Shown here: in pieces, positions 44,767 through 57,254 of the stretch | Layout: every line of letters starts with the position of its first letter | Numbering within the stretch: position 1 is the first letter of the stretch | Assembly (NCBI RefSeq): GCF_006345805.1 | Contig: NC_043003.1 | Span: 51,398,001 to 51,462,000, forward strand | Reading direction: 5' to 3' | Source of the DNA: Octopus sinensis | Lineage: Eukaryota | DNA: 64,000 nt | Notes under the pieces: model-generated | Database searches by the model: none | Seen by the model: only the letters and a program-made list of their open reading frames with translations | What the model was told of the DNA's origin: nothing | Position numbers and translations under genes: made by a program

Positions 44767-45557
44767 CTAGGAACTGCACAATTTAATATTTTTATAAAGC
44801 ATCTTATATATGAATGGAAGAATTAATTCGCTTTTGTCTTTTGGTTTGCAAAATTATTGATGTAATCTCGTATGTTGAAACAAATTTTGTTGTCTATTAG
44901 GAGGGTCATTATGTCAATAAATAAACACACGCATTGGTCCTATTTCACTTCTTTTATTGCTGTTAGTGAATTCATTAACATTTAACCAATTAACTAATTA
45001 ATCGCTTGATTAATTGTTCACTCAGTCAGTCAATCAGATATGCTTGTCAAGGTCATTTCGTCACCATCCGCGATCTCATCGATTACATGTCCTCTTTATT
45101 CCAGGTCTGCTTTGGGTATGTCCGCCGTTTGTTTGGACCCCAATAAGTAATCCTCTATGCAGTCGTTTGACCATCTAGAAATAACAGCCAAATTTCGTTT
45201 ATATAACACACTATTGTATTTAAAAAAGGAAGGACACATTTGATAATAAAGTTCATTGCCTCGTACAAAAAGATAAGAAGCCGATGGCCATAGTTAAGGC
45301 TGGAACGTTTTTTTTTATCATTGATCTGCTCCATAAAGATTTAACTGAACTAAGGACTAAACAACAATACGAAAATGCCACGATGTGGTCACACGGCCTG
45401 CAAGAAATAGAAATCGAATCTTCCTCAAATTAATTATACGTAACCATCATCGTAAAACAAGGACACATGGGATAATGAAATTTTGGTTACATTACGTCTG
45501 ATCTGATAAAATAACTTCCTGTTCATCGAGACCATAGCTCTGTCTGACCAACAGCTA

Positions 45558-45589
<32 letters not shown>

Positions 45590-45651
45590 GATGATCATCA
45601 TCATCATCATTATTAACAACAACAACAGCAGCAATATTAGTAATAATGATT

Positions 45652-45848
45652 TCAAATTTTGGCACGATGCCCGCAGATTTTCAGAAGGGGAAGTCAATTA
45701 CATCAACTACAGTGCTATACTGGTACTTATTTTATCGACCCCGAAAGGATAAAAGGTAAAGTAAACTTCAGCGGAATTTGAACTCAGAACATGAAGGCGG
45801 ACGAAATTCCGCTTGAGCATTTTTCCCGGCGTGCAAACGATTCTGTCA
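45652..45848 (-). mobile_element. SINE family 1, diverged
   Basis: cggaatttgaactcagaac core. Confidence 0.75.
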
Positions 45849-46089
45849 CATATGAACTCAGAATTTCTAGGTTCACGACGCCCTAACGATTCTGATTACC
45901 ATCATCATAACGATCACCCTACTATCATCATTATAATGTGTGTGTGACCTCGAGCACGCACATAGAATAAGCATGGAAGCGCAATTGTTGGTGATTGGCA
46001 TCCGAAATGTTGTCAGGCGCTCACAGTTTTCTACCGGCCAAGTTACACGCTTAGTGGCACATCCTTGCATTCCATGGAGATCTTGAGGA

Positions 46090-46850
46090 GACACTGAGCA
46101 TCGACAATCAACTGAACGACCTATTCTGGATGACTTCAGCTTGGACTATGGATAGCTTCCATCATTCCCTGGCCTGACTACCCACTAGTACTACTAATGG
46201 ATAGCGCACTGCCGGTTCAGGATAAGCTATATAAGAACGGTAGCACCCATCCTTGTTTTGGACAGAGCGAGGAAACCGTTCTTCAGTGTCTAAGCACTAC
46301 CAACTTGTGAAGTAATGTGGAACTACTTTTGTTGCATGTTAACTGATTTGAATGTCAACCGAATCCACCTGAAGTATGATCCCCCTACATTTCTTTAGTT
46401 GGGAAAAGGAGACAGTTCTATGTCTGGTGGCCGAAATGAAAGATATTATATGAAGCACATTACTGAAAGAACCGAAGACATCCACTTGCCTCTTTCGCCA
46501 AACCATCAAAATTCTCAAGTTTGCTTTGGAGAGAGAAGTTGTTGGCGGAAAGAAAGGTATGGTTTCCAGTTAAGTTGTTAAGTGTTTGAGAATGGTAAGA
46601 ATGGCCCCAGTTAATAGACTGGTTCCCAGCCTGTTCTTGTGGGCCGAAATCAGTGTCATGAGAAAGTACTCTCCCTTAGAAGTCAAGGTAGTTTTGGCTC
46701 TGTAGGGTCCGTTAATCAGCTCTTGGTGGCTTCTCCTTATTGGGAAATTTTCAATTCATTTCCTGTGTATATTTTGTATATTTGTTTTCTGTGTCAGTTT
46801 ATTTTTTTCTTTCTCTCTCTCTCTCTTCTACTATCATTCTTTCTTGATGT
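46090..46850 (+). mobile_element. Degenerate L1/Tx1-type LINE 3' fragment
   Basis: ALPVQDKLYKNGSTHPCFGQSEETVLQC resembles the zf-RVT region. Confidence 0.45.
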
Positions 46851-47794
46851 CGTCCTGTCCTTCTCGGTCTCATATCCACCGAACCAATGAAGGTGGCTGC
46901 TTGAAAGGGTAATGAAATTTTCCTCAAATTACACATAACAAGACTCATCGAATAAAAACACTCCCAGATATCACATGTCTTCTGTTCGACATATTGTCAA
47001 AGACTCAATTATCATGGCTGCTATGTCCTTAATCATAGGAGTGCCCCTTTACCAGATGATAAAAAGCAACAACCTCATCATCGTCGTCGTTGTCGTCATG
47101 GTCGTCATGGTCGTCGTCGTCGGAAGTAGCGTAACTTAACGCATAACTGCATCTCTCCTCTGTCTAGTTGTCTGTCTGTCTGTCTGTCTGGTTGTCTGCC
47201 TGTCTGTCTTCTGCCTGTCTGCCTTCTGCGTGCGTACCTGCCTACCTGCCTGTCTGCTTGCCTGTATAGCTTTGTCCGTGACTGTGTTCGACTGACCCCT
47301 GCCTGTTGTTCTCTATTATAACAAGATGTATTTAGCTTAATCAAAGCCTGACTGGTTTTCAATCAGCAATTTGGAATTTGTTTGAATTTTTCTTAAATGT
47401 GATGTGTAGTTCTTGGGACGATTGATTAGATTTTCCATGGCGTCATGCCTCAGTTTGAAAGACCCCGTTATGTTGTTTATTAAAACCTGATTGAAAACAG
47501 AATCCAGGTTCAAATTGGGGTAGAGACATGCTACAACTGCAATATCCTTACCATAACATTCCATCTTGGAATATTATATTATAATTTCTAATATTGGCAG
47601 AAGAGAACATCCACTTTGGAGAGAACTGACTTTGTAACCTTCGATAGATGAACGGGAAAGGTGAGTTTGATAGCGTTTGAATGTAAAAGGCGAAGGGGTG
47701 TAACAACTGCAAGGAAGTTTATCCGTCACTTTCTTGAATTTACTAATCCACTGAATTAATAACATTTTTGTTATAATATCATCTCTGGTTGCAG

Positions 47795-47989
47795 GTGCAA
47801 TGGTACAATTATTTGGCTGAAACAAAATACCACCTTCCTTATGAGAAAGACACTATAGCTTTTACTATTATTGGTCGACCTGATATGTTTGAGAAAGCTT
47901 TTAAAACATTCGTATGTAACAAAACCAGAAAGCCACTTGTTGATACTGACTACAAGTTTATCATGTTTTATATGAAGAAGATCCAACAG
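47795..47989 (+). pseudogene. MMACHC: MMACHC/CblC-like exon equivalent to human exon 2
   Basis: ttgcag / CAG|gtaagc, 195 bp, phase 0/0. VQWYNYLAETKYHLPYEKDTIAFTIIGRPDMFEKAFKTF aligns to recalled human [39 protein letters not shown]. Confidence 0.8.
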
Positions 47990-48117
47990 GTAAGCTTTTG
48001 AACATAATCCAAGAGTTAATCTAAACTCAAGCCAAATTTTCAATACAGAACGATAGAATGATAAAACTGCATATACACACATCTTTGATCCATTTAACAG
48101 AAAGAAAGTCTCTAGAC

Positions 48118-51024
48118 CAGGGGTGGGCAAACTACGGCCCGCCATAGGTTTTCATGCGGCCCGCCGAGAGCTTTTATGAATCCCAACGTCTATGCAGATA
48201 CTTCGTAACTGTTTCAGTTGTACGGTAATTCACAATAGTTTGCATTTTATTTCAGTTCACTGTTTCGCGCCTTCACAAAATTGTCCGCTGTTTGTTTGTT
48301 TCAGCTACTGTGAAGCGATGAAAAATTTCGAGAAATATTCCCATGACATCATAATAAAACACATTTCCGGGTGAAGATATCTTTTCTGTGTTTTCTCGTA
48401 AGACCCTACAAAAACAAAAATTAATAGAACAATGAAACAAGTATTGTGGCAATACAACGAGTCAATCGATATGCTTGAAACATTCAAATAAATAAATCAC
48501 GTGATAGATGGTGAAGAGGGCATGATGGACGATGCGTTTCGTTCCAATGAAGAAGCCGGCCAGGTTAATAAAAGGGCTTGAACCAGCTTTTTCTGGACAC
48601 AGAGCTGTGGTTGGTTATCATTCACTCTATCGATTATTTGAATTTAGTACAGATACGAGTGTTTCAAACTAGCTTTTGTTGTCTGATAAAATTTACCCAA
48701 AATGAGTTGTTCGAAGCTATCTAAAAAGCGAAAAATTGAAGAGGAATGTCGTGTTTTTAATGAAAATCGGACTGATAAGTATTTCTTTACCGACGTTGGA
48801 GTGAAAGCTGCATGTTTGATTTGTTCTGAAACAGTTGCTGTGTTCAAGGAATATAATTTGAAACCCCACTTTCAAACGAAGCACGCCAATTTTGGACACA
48901 ATTTATCAAAACAAGAACTGCAAAAGAAAGCAAATGATCTGACAAAACGTTTGAAGCAACAGCAAAATGTGTTTGATAAAACTTCCTCTTTACAAAGAAA
49001 CGCGACAAAAGCAAGTTTTATATTGGCCAACAAAATTGCAAAGCAAAACAAGTCATTCGCAGAAGCAGAATTTATCAAAGATTGTATGGTTGATGCTGTC
49101 AGCGTTGTGTGTCCTGAAGTTAAGTCAAAAGTAGAAGCCATTTCCCTGTCACGAAGAACTATTGTTCGTCGCATTGATGCAATTGCCGTAAGTATTCATG
49201 AACAGCTGTTAACAGCCAGTGGTCGATTTCAGTGGTTTTCTATTGCTTTAGATGAGAGTACTGATATTCAGGATACTGCTCAGTTACTCATTTACATCAG
49301 AGGAATTGACGAAAACTTTGAAATTACAGAGGAATTGTTATCTATGGCGTCTCTCAAAGACACTACTACTGGAAAAGATTTGTTCAACAGTGTCATTAAC
49401 AGTTCAATCAGGTCTGGATTAACCCTAAATAAACTGGCCAGCATTACAACCAATGGAGCTCCTTCACTCACCGGTAAACATTCCGGCCTTGTGAAGTTGT
49501 TGAATGACAAAATCAAAGAAGATTTTCCACTACACAGTGTGTTGTCTTTTCACTGCATCATACATCAAAAAAGCCTTTGTAAGTCATCTTTAAAACTCAA
49601 ACATGTCATCGAACCTGTGGTGCGTGCAGTGAATTTAATAAGATCACGGGGATTGAAACACAGGCAATTCCGAAGTTTCTTGGAGGATGTGGAGGCTGAT
49701 TTTACTGATGTGCTGTACTACACAAATGTCCGCTGGTTAAGCATTGGAAAAGTTCTTAAGAGAGTATGGGACCTCAAAGCAGAGATTCTTATGTTTCTCA
49801 AAATGCAAGACATCTCCTGTGACTTTTTAAACGAAATGGAGAGTGACGAATGGGTTTGTGATTTTGCATTTGCTGTGGACATAATGCAGAAGCTGAATGA
49901 ACTTAACACAAAACTGCAAGGCAAAGGTATATTTGCTCATGAATTGTACCTGGAAGTGAAAGCTTTTCAATGGAAGCTTGGACTTTTTGCCAAGCAGCTG
50001 AATGAGCAAAAATTTATTCACTTCCCTCTGCTGAAAACACAGTCTGTTACACAAGAATCATCGGACAAGTACAGTTCCCAGTTGATGGCTTTACAAAAGG
50101 AATTCATTAGAAGATTTGCTGATTTCAAGGCAGTTGAAGGCCTGTTCGATTTGCTTAACTCACCTCTTGCCTGTGACATTGAAACAACTACCGAGGAACT
50201 GCAGATAGAACTGATTCATTTGCAAGCCGACAATTCTTTAAAGATGATGTTTGAAAGTAAACCACTGGTCGAGTTTTATGCTTCTCTACATTCAAAAAAG
50301 TTTCAAAATCTAAAAAAATTTGCAAGAAAGATGTTTGTGTTGTTTGCATCAACTTACATATGTGAGCAGACTTTCTCCATCATGAAAATTAACAAGGGGA
50401 AGAATCGATCACTTCTCACAGACTCAAATCTTCAGTCAGTGTTAAGAATCAGCACAAGCAACTTGACACCTAATTTTGACAAACTGGTAAATGACAGTAG
50501 TCAGCTGCATCATTCTCATTGACATTGTTATTTACAGAGCCGCTTTGTTTTTCAAATAAATGCTTCAGGTGACGTTTCTAATTTCAGATATCAATTCATA
50601 TTAATAAACTGTTATTTCTCTTTAAAATCTTTTATTTTGGGTATCCTAGAATTTAAGTATAATATTCATCATGGTTGTCCATAATATTAAGAGGTGGTTG
50701 TCCACAATTAGTGCAGATTTTACTAGGAAAATTCCGTTCCTGGCAATTTGTAAGCAATAACAGGCTGTCCAAAATAACCGAGGTTCCTGTAATAATTTCA
50801 ACTATAGGAGCAAATAACCGAAAAACATGAACCCGATACTCTAAAAAATAACTTAAATCACTTAAACCAGGAATATTTCACAAAATTTCCTTTCAATCAA
50901 TTGTATGTTTATAGGTCTATAACCGCCTTTAAAAATATTTTCTCTCGATTTTTATAAATGAGGCCCGCCAAGGTTCCAAAGACGCACTGTGCGGCCCGCG
51001 ATCAAAAAAGTTCGCCCACCCCTG
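48118..51024 (+). mobile_element. Full-length hAT transposon, Charlie/Buster group (SPIN/OC1/GTF2IRD2-like)
   Basis: TIRs caggggtgggcaaact / agttcgcccacccctg (15/16); TSDs ctctagac / ccttagac, the left one fitting NTCTAGAN. Confidence 0.93.
48702..50522 (+). CDS. hAT transposase, 606 aa, probably catalytically impaired
   Basis: BED-type CLIC...H...H, LDESTD, TTNGAP (N251 where D is expected), CIIH, VRWLS, STYICEQTFS. Confidence 0.92.
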   Translation: MSCSKLSKKRKIEEECRVFNENRTDKYFFTDVGVKAACLICSETVAVFKEYNLKPHFQTKHANFGHNLSKQELQKKANDLTKRLKQQQNVFDKTSSLQRNATKASFILANKIAKQNKSFAEAEFIKDCMVDAVSVVCPEVKSKVEAISLSRRTIVRRIDAIAVSIHEQLLTASGRFQWFSIALDESTDIQDTAQLLIYIRGIDENFEITEELLSMASLKDTTTGKDLFNSVINSSIRSGLTLNKLASITTNGAPSLTGKHSGLVKLLNDKIKEDFPLHSVLSFHCIIHQKSLCKSSLKLKHVIEPVVRAVNLIRSRGLKHRQFRSFLEDVEADFTDVLYYTNVRWLSIGKVLKRVWDLKAEILMFLKMQDISCDFLNEMESDEWVCDFAFAVDIMQKLNELNTKLQGKGIFAHELYLEVKAFQWKLGLFAKQLNEQKFIHFPLLKTQSVTQESSDKYSSQLMALQKEFIRRFADFKAVEGLFDLLNSPLACDIETTTEELQIELIHLQADNSLKMMFESKPLVEFYASLHSKKFQNLKKFARKMFVLFASTYICEQTFSIMKINKGKNRSLLTDSNLQSVLRISTSNLTPNFDKLVNDSSQLHHSH

Positions 51025-51122
51025 CCTTAGACACTCCAAAAGGCAATATCCATCATTTCTACAACTGTTTCTTTTACAGTTACAAATATTATCTAATTCC
51101 GTCCACTTTCTTTATATTTCAG

Positions 51123-51455
51123 ACAATTAATGGTGTTGCTATTCATCCACTGTATGGAGGATGGGTAAGATTCCCAGGTGTCATCGTATTTAAGAATGTT
51201 AAACTACCCAGAAATTTCCGTTGTCGGTCACCCCCAGACGTGGTTTCTAGCATCAAAAAAAGAATAAAATTATTAAATGAATACAATAATGACTAGGCGA
51301 GTTGGAAATTCGCAGATATCATTCCAGTGGTGAAGAAATATACTCCAGAAGCAAAAGCATACTTTTCGATATTTGGAAAAAAAGCGCGAAGAATTCGTAA
51401 AGGATGTCAAAAAGTATTGCACCAATTCTATGCCGAAGTTCGAAAGATACGTTAA
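51123..51455 (+). pseudogene. MMACHC: MMACHC/CblC-like last exon with nonsense TAG at 51294-51296
   Basis: TINGVAIHPLYGGW...PPDVVSSIKKRIKLLNEYNND*ASWKFAD...YTPEAKAYFS aligns to recalled human RISGVCIHPRFGGW...RIALLEGFNFHWRDWTYRD...YSEEQKAYFS. Confidence 0.85.
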
Positions 51456-51529
51456 AGTGGTTTAATTATTAACTAGTGTTTCACTAACTTCAAATATCAA
51501 CTAGCATTTATGATTTCCTTACTAATGGT

Positions 51530-51898
51530 ACTCTTTTACTTGTTTCATTCATTTGACTGTGGCCATGCTGGATCACCGCCTTTAGTCGAGCAAATCGACC
51601 CCGGGACTCATTCTATCGGTCTCTTTTGCCGAACCGCTAAGTTACGGGGACGTAAACACCAACATCGGTTGTCAAGCGATGTTGGGGGGAGGGGACAACA
51701 CAGCGACACAAACACACACACACACATATATATATACGACGGGCTTCTTTCAGTTTCCGTCTACCAAATCCATTCACAAGGCTTTGGTCGGTTCGAAGCT
51801 ATAGTAGAAGACACTTGGCCAAGGTGCCACGCAGTGGGACTGAACCAGGAACCATGTGGTTGGTAAGCAAGCTACTTACCACACAGCCACTCCTATGC
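51530..51898 (-). mobile_element. SINE family 2
   Basis: Full head, core and tail on the minus strand. Confidence 0.88.
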
Positions 51899-52492
51899 CT
51901 ATCTACATTTAGTAAAAAAAAATTGTTTCTAGCATATTTCCTCTTCACTATAATTCTCTTGCATTTATTTCTATCAGCGTTTGTCTGCTCTTCTCTGCTG
52001 AAATTTCCAGCATTAACCAATGTATTTTGACTATGTTAATCTCATGCTGCTTTTTTCCGTTCTTCTTCATCAAATTTCCACAGAGAACAGTTGTCCAAAA
52101 TGTTGATATTTCTTTCTTTCATCACAAAATAATAAAGTTCAGTTGTACTCTTTTTTTTTGTTGTTGTTATATTTTTACACAAATTTCCATTTTTACGATT
52201 CACTTCGAATATACATACACAGCCGTCTCTTTCTTTTTCTCTCACTTTCTTTCTAACTCTGTGTGTGTGTGCGCGCGCGCGCACGTGCGCCAGTGTTGCT
52301 GAGTGTCGCAATACATACACACACACATACATAGTACATACATACGCACATACATACATACATACATACATGCATACATGCATGCATGCATACACACTCA
52401 TACATATATACATACATACATACACACATACATACATGCATTCAGACACATACATACGTATAGACGCATACATACATACATACATACATACA

Positions 52493-52526
<34 letters not shown>

Positions 52527-52540
52527 CATAAATACAAACA

Positions 52541-52576
<36 letters not shown>

Positions 52577-53135
52577 TATATATACGTTTTGTATTTTCTT
52601 GTACATGTATTTCTATTTTGCAGTTTTATTTGTATCGCTTTTACGTCCTGTTTGTTACATTTTTTTCATGTCTGTTTTTACCCCTCTGTGAGGCAATTTT
52701 ATTTTAATTCTCTCGCAGGAAGGATTAGTTGACGAGTCGTGTCCTGTCTTGCCTTCGAAACACGCTTGAGTCTGCTAGTGACAGCTGATGATTGGGGATT
52801 TTTCCTTGTGTAGTTTGTCCTGTAGCTTATTTTTCTGTTGTAAAAAATAATGTTTTTCCCGTTTTCGTTTCGTCTCTGTTTTTTTGTTGTAAAAAAATGG
52901 CTTGTCCGTTTTCGTTTTTCGTTGAGTTCTACGTCTAGTTGTGGTGTCCTGTACTCACGTATATATATTTATATATGCATGTATATATACATGTAGATGT
53001 AGGTACGTACATATATGTTTGTATGTATGCATATATTTTATTTATTACACTATATATATATATACATACACACACACACATACAAACACATGCACACGCA
53101 CACACACACAAACATGCACACATACATACAGAAGA

Positions 53136-53175
<40 letters not shown>

Positions 53176-53700
53176 ATACATACAGAGCTACTGTCAGAGT
53201 CCCAGCAATGTGATGACAATCCATCTGAGCGTGGGAAATTCCCTTGGTTGGTGTACGGGTGCCAATTAAAACCACTTGGAGTCAGGGACCCTTAGCTGGT
53301 GTTTCAGCATCCTTCAGAGAAGAGGAACATTCTTATATAAAACCTGTGCCTCCATATGGTTACTGGCCATATCGATTCGGCCTGTCATTGGGTATTAGTC
53401 ACGGGGAGTCAGAGGGTAGTAGTGATCCTGGGTTTGTATATCTAAAAGAAATGATACTCTTACAGACAGGTGAAATTATTATTATTATTGATTCAGAAAT
53501 ATATCTAAAATTCGTGGACAGGAGGGCAATAACTATCAGCTTAAAATTCAAACCATATTTGAACTTTTATACGGCTGCAAGTCCTTCCGTGTCCGTAGTG
53601 GATCAGAATTTTCAAAACAACCATTATGGATTTCTGCAAGTTCCTTCCTGTTCAGTGCACGTTTGTGTGTGCGCGCATATGTGTGTATCCCAGAAGCATA

Positions 53701-54312
53701 CCATAAATCCTCGAGTATAATCCGCATTATTCCCCAAAATTTAAAGGTCAAAATCCCTACTGCGTACTATATACGAGGTTAAAAATGAAAAATATTTTCT
53801 AAGCAATGCCCAAGTCTCTATTTGCTGTCCGGCAATGTTTATTCAGATGCATTTTGTGATGTCGGGCACGGAAATATCTTAAGCTAAGCCTGAAAGCAAT
53901 GAAGTCATGAAAAAATCGTCCATAACTTGCAGTAAGCAACATTTATTAAAATAAAAGTATTCAGAAAACAGAATAACATGTAACAAAAACAATTTGCAAA
54001 CATATTTACAAACATATTTCGCGCTCCCGACCTGACTTTGGTATGCAAATGGATCGTGTATGCATGGAATGAACTTGATCCCCAGATTATTGTGAAAAGT
54101 TTGATCAAATGTTGTATATCGTCTGCACTGGATGGTACTCAGGATGACGTTGTATGGAAAGATGAAATAAATGAAAGTGAATCTTCTGATGATGACTATG
54201 AAGCTGACGATGACGGAGATTTACACTATAATGATGCTGGCATGTTTACGGAGGAACAAATTGAACAGTTATTTGATGCAAACCAAGGACGTTATATAGA
54301 CCTCCTTGACTC
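53701..54312 (+). mobile_element. pogo/Tigger-type fossil, internally deleted and cut by the gap
   Basis: TA|ccataaatcctcgagtataatccgca end; WIVYAWNELDPQIIVKSLIKCCISSALDGTQDD matches the pogo C-terminal motif, followed by an acidic tail. Confidence 0.65.
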
Positions 54313-54412
54313 NNNNNNNNNNNNNNNNNNNNNNNNNNNNNNNNNNNNNNNNNNNNNNNNNNNNNNNNNNNNNNNNNNNNNNNNNNNNNNNNNNNNNNNN
54401 NNNNNNNNNNNN
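54313..54412. other. Assembly gap (100 N)
   Basis: Run of 100 n. Confidence 1.
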
Positions 54413-56927
54413 GCACTGCTAAGTTATGGGAATATAAACAAATCAAAACAGTGAGAGATTAACACAAACATACGTGCTCACACTCACACACACATACTTA
54501 TGCGTTTATGTGTATGTATGTATGTATATAGGTATGTATGTATGCATGTATGTATGTATATATGTGTATATAAATAAATATATATATATATAACTGTACA
54601 ATAACTGTATATAATATATATCATAATGATATTTAATTACTTAATCTCTAATTTTTAAAGTGACAATTTTTTTTTAAATAAACAAATGACCGAAAATGTG
54701 TGTGTGTGTATGTGACCGCGTGTGTACCGTTGGCGATTTTTTTCCCTCCCTCTTCCCTTCCTTGGATCTTTCCTTTTCCTATGTTTCTGACGAAGAGCTC
54801 CGCTCGAAACGTTAAATCCTCCTTCTTTCTTTCCTTTCCTGAGCGTCCAATAACACTATACTATTTCCACGTCCTCGTGTTGTTGTGTTTTCATGTTTGG
54901 ATTAACTATACACACACACACACACATATATATATTTCAAGTACTTTTTTTTTAACTGGCTTCCACATAGTTTTCATCAACTGAATTCACTCACATGGCA
55001 TTGATTGGTCTGAGATTATAATAAAAGACATTTGTCCAAAGGGTCACATGTTGAGACTGAACTCAAAACTACATGGTTGCAAAGCAAACTTCATAACGCG
55101 ACATCGATGCATGTGTTCTGGTGATCTTATGCTTTAACTTTAGTGTTTTCAGCATAATGAAATTCCTCTGTGTTGTTGTCATTGTTGTTATTGTTGTTAC
55201 TGTAGCAGGTCTATAGAATAGACTATGATCTCCTTATGAGTATTTAAGACTGAATTATTTAATATGTTGTTCTCTTTTTAGGATGTCATTTCATGGATAT
55301 TTGATTACCATTTCTAGCACCTAAAGTCTCCTTTATAAGCTTGTTGAAATTCCTTCTAGTTCTGTAAGATATCCACTTAGTTGTTACTCTGTAATCAAAT
55401 GTTGGCCTTGATTGAGCAAATCCAAGCTACAGGGTATTCCAGATGAGATAATCAGCCATTTTTGTACAGCTAAGACTACATTGGCATCTAAGAATCCATA
55501 TCAGAAAAAAATAGTCATTCATATATTTGTCAACAATGTGGTCCATATTACTCAAAGTATACAGCATTATAGATCCATTACTGCTGATATTACCAATCAG
55601 TTACACACTGAATAATAAGTAACTAGATAATCAGCTACTAACTGTGCTCATCAAAGACAAAGCGATTGCTCTCTGTTACTGAGAGTGAGGAAGTATTAAA
55701 TATGGTTTGTGAGCGCTGCAGAAAAAGATGAAATGAAGTTGTTGGGAGACAATTAAGAGAAGAATTCATCAAGGATAATATCCCTTGCCCCACAAAAACT
55801 TGAGTTAGATGGGATACCAACAAAAGTGTGACAGGCTGATGTGTGTAGGGGTAGGGTTAAAGGGGTTGGTATGTGTGTAGGAGTTTTTTTTTTTTGTAAG
55901 GAGAGTGATTAGGTTGGTACCCAGACCTCTAACCTTATGCGTGAGTACATATGCATATGTGCCTGCATGTATATATAACTACATTGTCCAATGCATACAC
56001 AATTTCAGAAAGCAAGGAATGATTTGAGGAAATTTAGCTGCTATTACTAACAGTTAAGACAACCATGTAAACAATCCATCACTGGTTCAGCATGTACTAA
56101 GCACTGAGTGACTAACAAGGAGCAGACACTAGACAGAACACACACACCTATTAGGAAAACCAAGATCAAAATCTAATATCTGTATCAATGGAGTTTATTG
56201 TATATAGAAGTACTTAGTGTGATATGACTGAATAAAAAAAAACCTTTGAAAGTTGCATTCAAGTAAGATTGTAGTCGAATGACTGAAACCAGTACATGAA
56301 TAAAAGAATAAAAGTTTAACATATATTTGGTAATTTTCTATTCTAAACTATACCTACAATGTGTAGCTGTGGACTATGTTGTATACCTTCAGGTTTTAGA
56401 CCAACATACCTTCAGTAATGTTCTCCCTCTGAAAGAGCGATTTGTGAACCATCTCGGGCAATTGTTGAGTTTGGCTGAAGTCAGTGTCTTAGAACTGCCT
56501 CCATTTGACCATTTCATTGAAGTCTCATACCTTTTTGGAATTGACATGTTCGAGGTACATTCACAGAAATATTGGATAAAGGTTAGTTAATCATACATAC
56601 CTACATATCTGTACACACACACACACACACACACGCCTGCATACATACACACAAATGCACATACATGCATACATTTATGTGTACATGGTCATACAGATAT
56701 ATAAACATTTTTGTACTCTTATTTATATATAAAGACATATTAGCTATATCTAGCTATCTGTCTATTTATCTATCCATCAATCCATATGTGTGTGTATAAA
56801 TATATAGAGAGGAGGTGGGTAGAAGGCGAAAAGATGAAGCATGTGCTTATTTATTGACCCTGAAAGGATGAAACACAAACTAAACACCATTCCATGATGC
56901 TGGTAACATTCAAACAAAAAAAAAATA
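54413..56927. repeat. Right arm of the inverted duplication of 1-2557, starting exactly at the gap
   Basis: First bases gcactgctaag are the reverse complement of 2547-2557. Confidence 0.95.
56393..56581 (+). CDS. Internal exon (63 codons) of the unidentified gene
   Basis: ccttcag| ... AAG|gttagt, open frame, phase 0/0. Confidence 0.62.
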
Positions 56928-57254
56928 CTTGTACAAGAACTTCCATTCTACCATGCCTTGAATCCCTCTTCCAAAAACAGTGTATTTTTTTCTTGATATT
57001 ATTAATTGCAAATCAGATATCCATTACAAAAACTGACCAGAAGATCACAATTCATACTTTTTTACTCTTTTACTCTTTTACTTGTTTCAGTCATTTGATT
57101 GCGGCCATGCTTGAGCACTGCCTTTGGTCGAGCAAATCGAACCCAGGACTTATTCTTTGTAAGCCTAGTACTTATTCTATCGGTCTCTTTTGCTGAACCC
57201 AGTACTGTTCTGACCTTGTCTACAGAATTCATATTTTTTCTGTCCAAATAATTT

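Noticed and set aside
47601-47660. 60-nt exon with in-frame TGA as MMACHC exon 1 or a selenocysteine site
   Set aside because: Good splice signals, but no convincing match to the MMACHC N-terminus and no SECIS evidence; left unassigned.
47337-47825. 163-codon minus frame with one stop
   Set aside because: No recognisable homology, and it partly overlaps the MMACHC-like exon on the other strand.
52710-52770. Hammerhead-like GAAGG...CCTTC-GAAAC
   Set aside because: The CUGANGA core is absent (cgcagga); at most a decayed relic.
53244-53720. 158-aa ORF or exon candidate
   Set aside because: It runs into an (ATT)n tail typical of a LINE 3' end, and I recognise no protein motif.
54038-54454. 138-aa ORF as a host gene
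   Set aside because: It is a pogo transposase C-terminal fossil extended artificially through the N gap.
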